From the NCBI GenBank assembly GCA_017654855.1, contig CM030338.1, forward strand, positions 1,054,001 to 1,118,000: DNA of 64,000 nucleotides, read 5' to 3'. The notes under the pieces were generated by a model that was given only the letters and a program-made list of their open reading frames with translations, did no database searches and was not told the origin of the DNA. Of this stretch, positions 63,801 through 64,000 are shown piece by piece. Source of the stretch: Podospora anserina. Taxonomy: Eukaryota. Both the position numbers and the translations under genes were made by a program. Each line of letters begins with the position of its first letter. Position 1 is the first letter of the stretch.

Positions 63801-64000
63801 GACTTGTGCACCAATGCGGGCAGCTGCATGTCCCACAAGTCAGCTGAATTTCTTGGGAGACCACAAGGCAGTTCGGCAGGCTGAAATCATCAACGAAACC
63901 GACCACTCACCATCCACCATCACCAAACCCTGCGGCATTTTATTGGGGCTCTTGTTCAACACAGCCTCGGCCTCATAAACCGGCCGCTTTTGGGCTGTGG

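Noticed and set aside
60900-64000. ORFs of 100-230 aa upstream of the GPI protein
   Set aside because: No recognisable motifs or codon bias and mostly non-ATG starts; treated as regulatory or intergenic DNA.

Overview
Gene-dense window from a filamentous ascomycete. Short GT-AG introns with CTRAC branch points and the gene content suggest a Sordariomycete, possibly Sordariales (inference). Eighteen spliced protein genes can be reconstructed: a DFG10-like reductase, an ALKBH6-like dioxygenase, a Hos4-like ankyrin protein, RBG1, a CENP-B-type HTH protein, a PXA protein, MSS51, RSE1, a LysM protein, an IAH1-like esterase, a conserved unknown protein, an isochorismatase, THI6, a GH30 xylanase, two DUF5672-like paralogues, a CBM18/CE4 deacetylase and a GPI-anchored wall protein. 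The main discovery is in the apparently empty region 56.4-59.8 kb. It holds a minus-strand tandem array of three clear (plus one degenerate) Pol III-type tRNA-like RNA genes of about 220-410 nt. Each keeps the tRNA D arm/A box and T arm/B box but has no valid anticodon loop. Each carries a large, highly structured domain inserted into the 3' strand of the acceptor stem, closed by a co-varying helix, and ends in an oligo-T terminator. Other notable items: a box C/D snoRNA (snR41/U62-like) in an RSE1 intron, a 1,675-nt intron with a stop codon at its donor, a candidate UAG stop-loss extension that is strongly basic, a candidate multi-exon micropeptide gene and a GC-AG intron. All calls are by eye; no searches were run.
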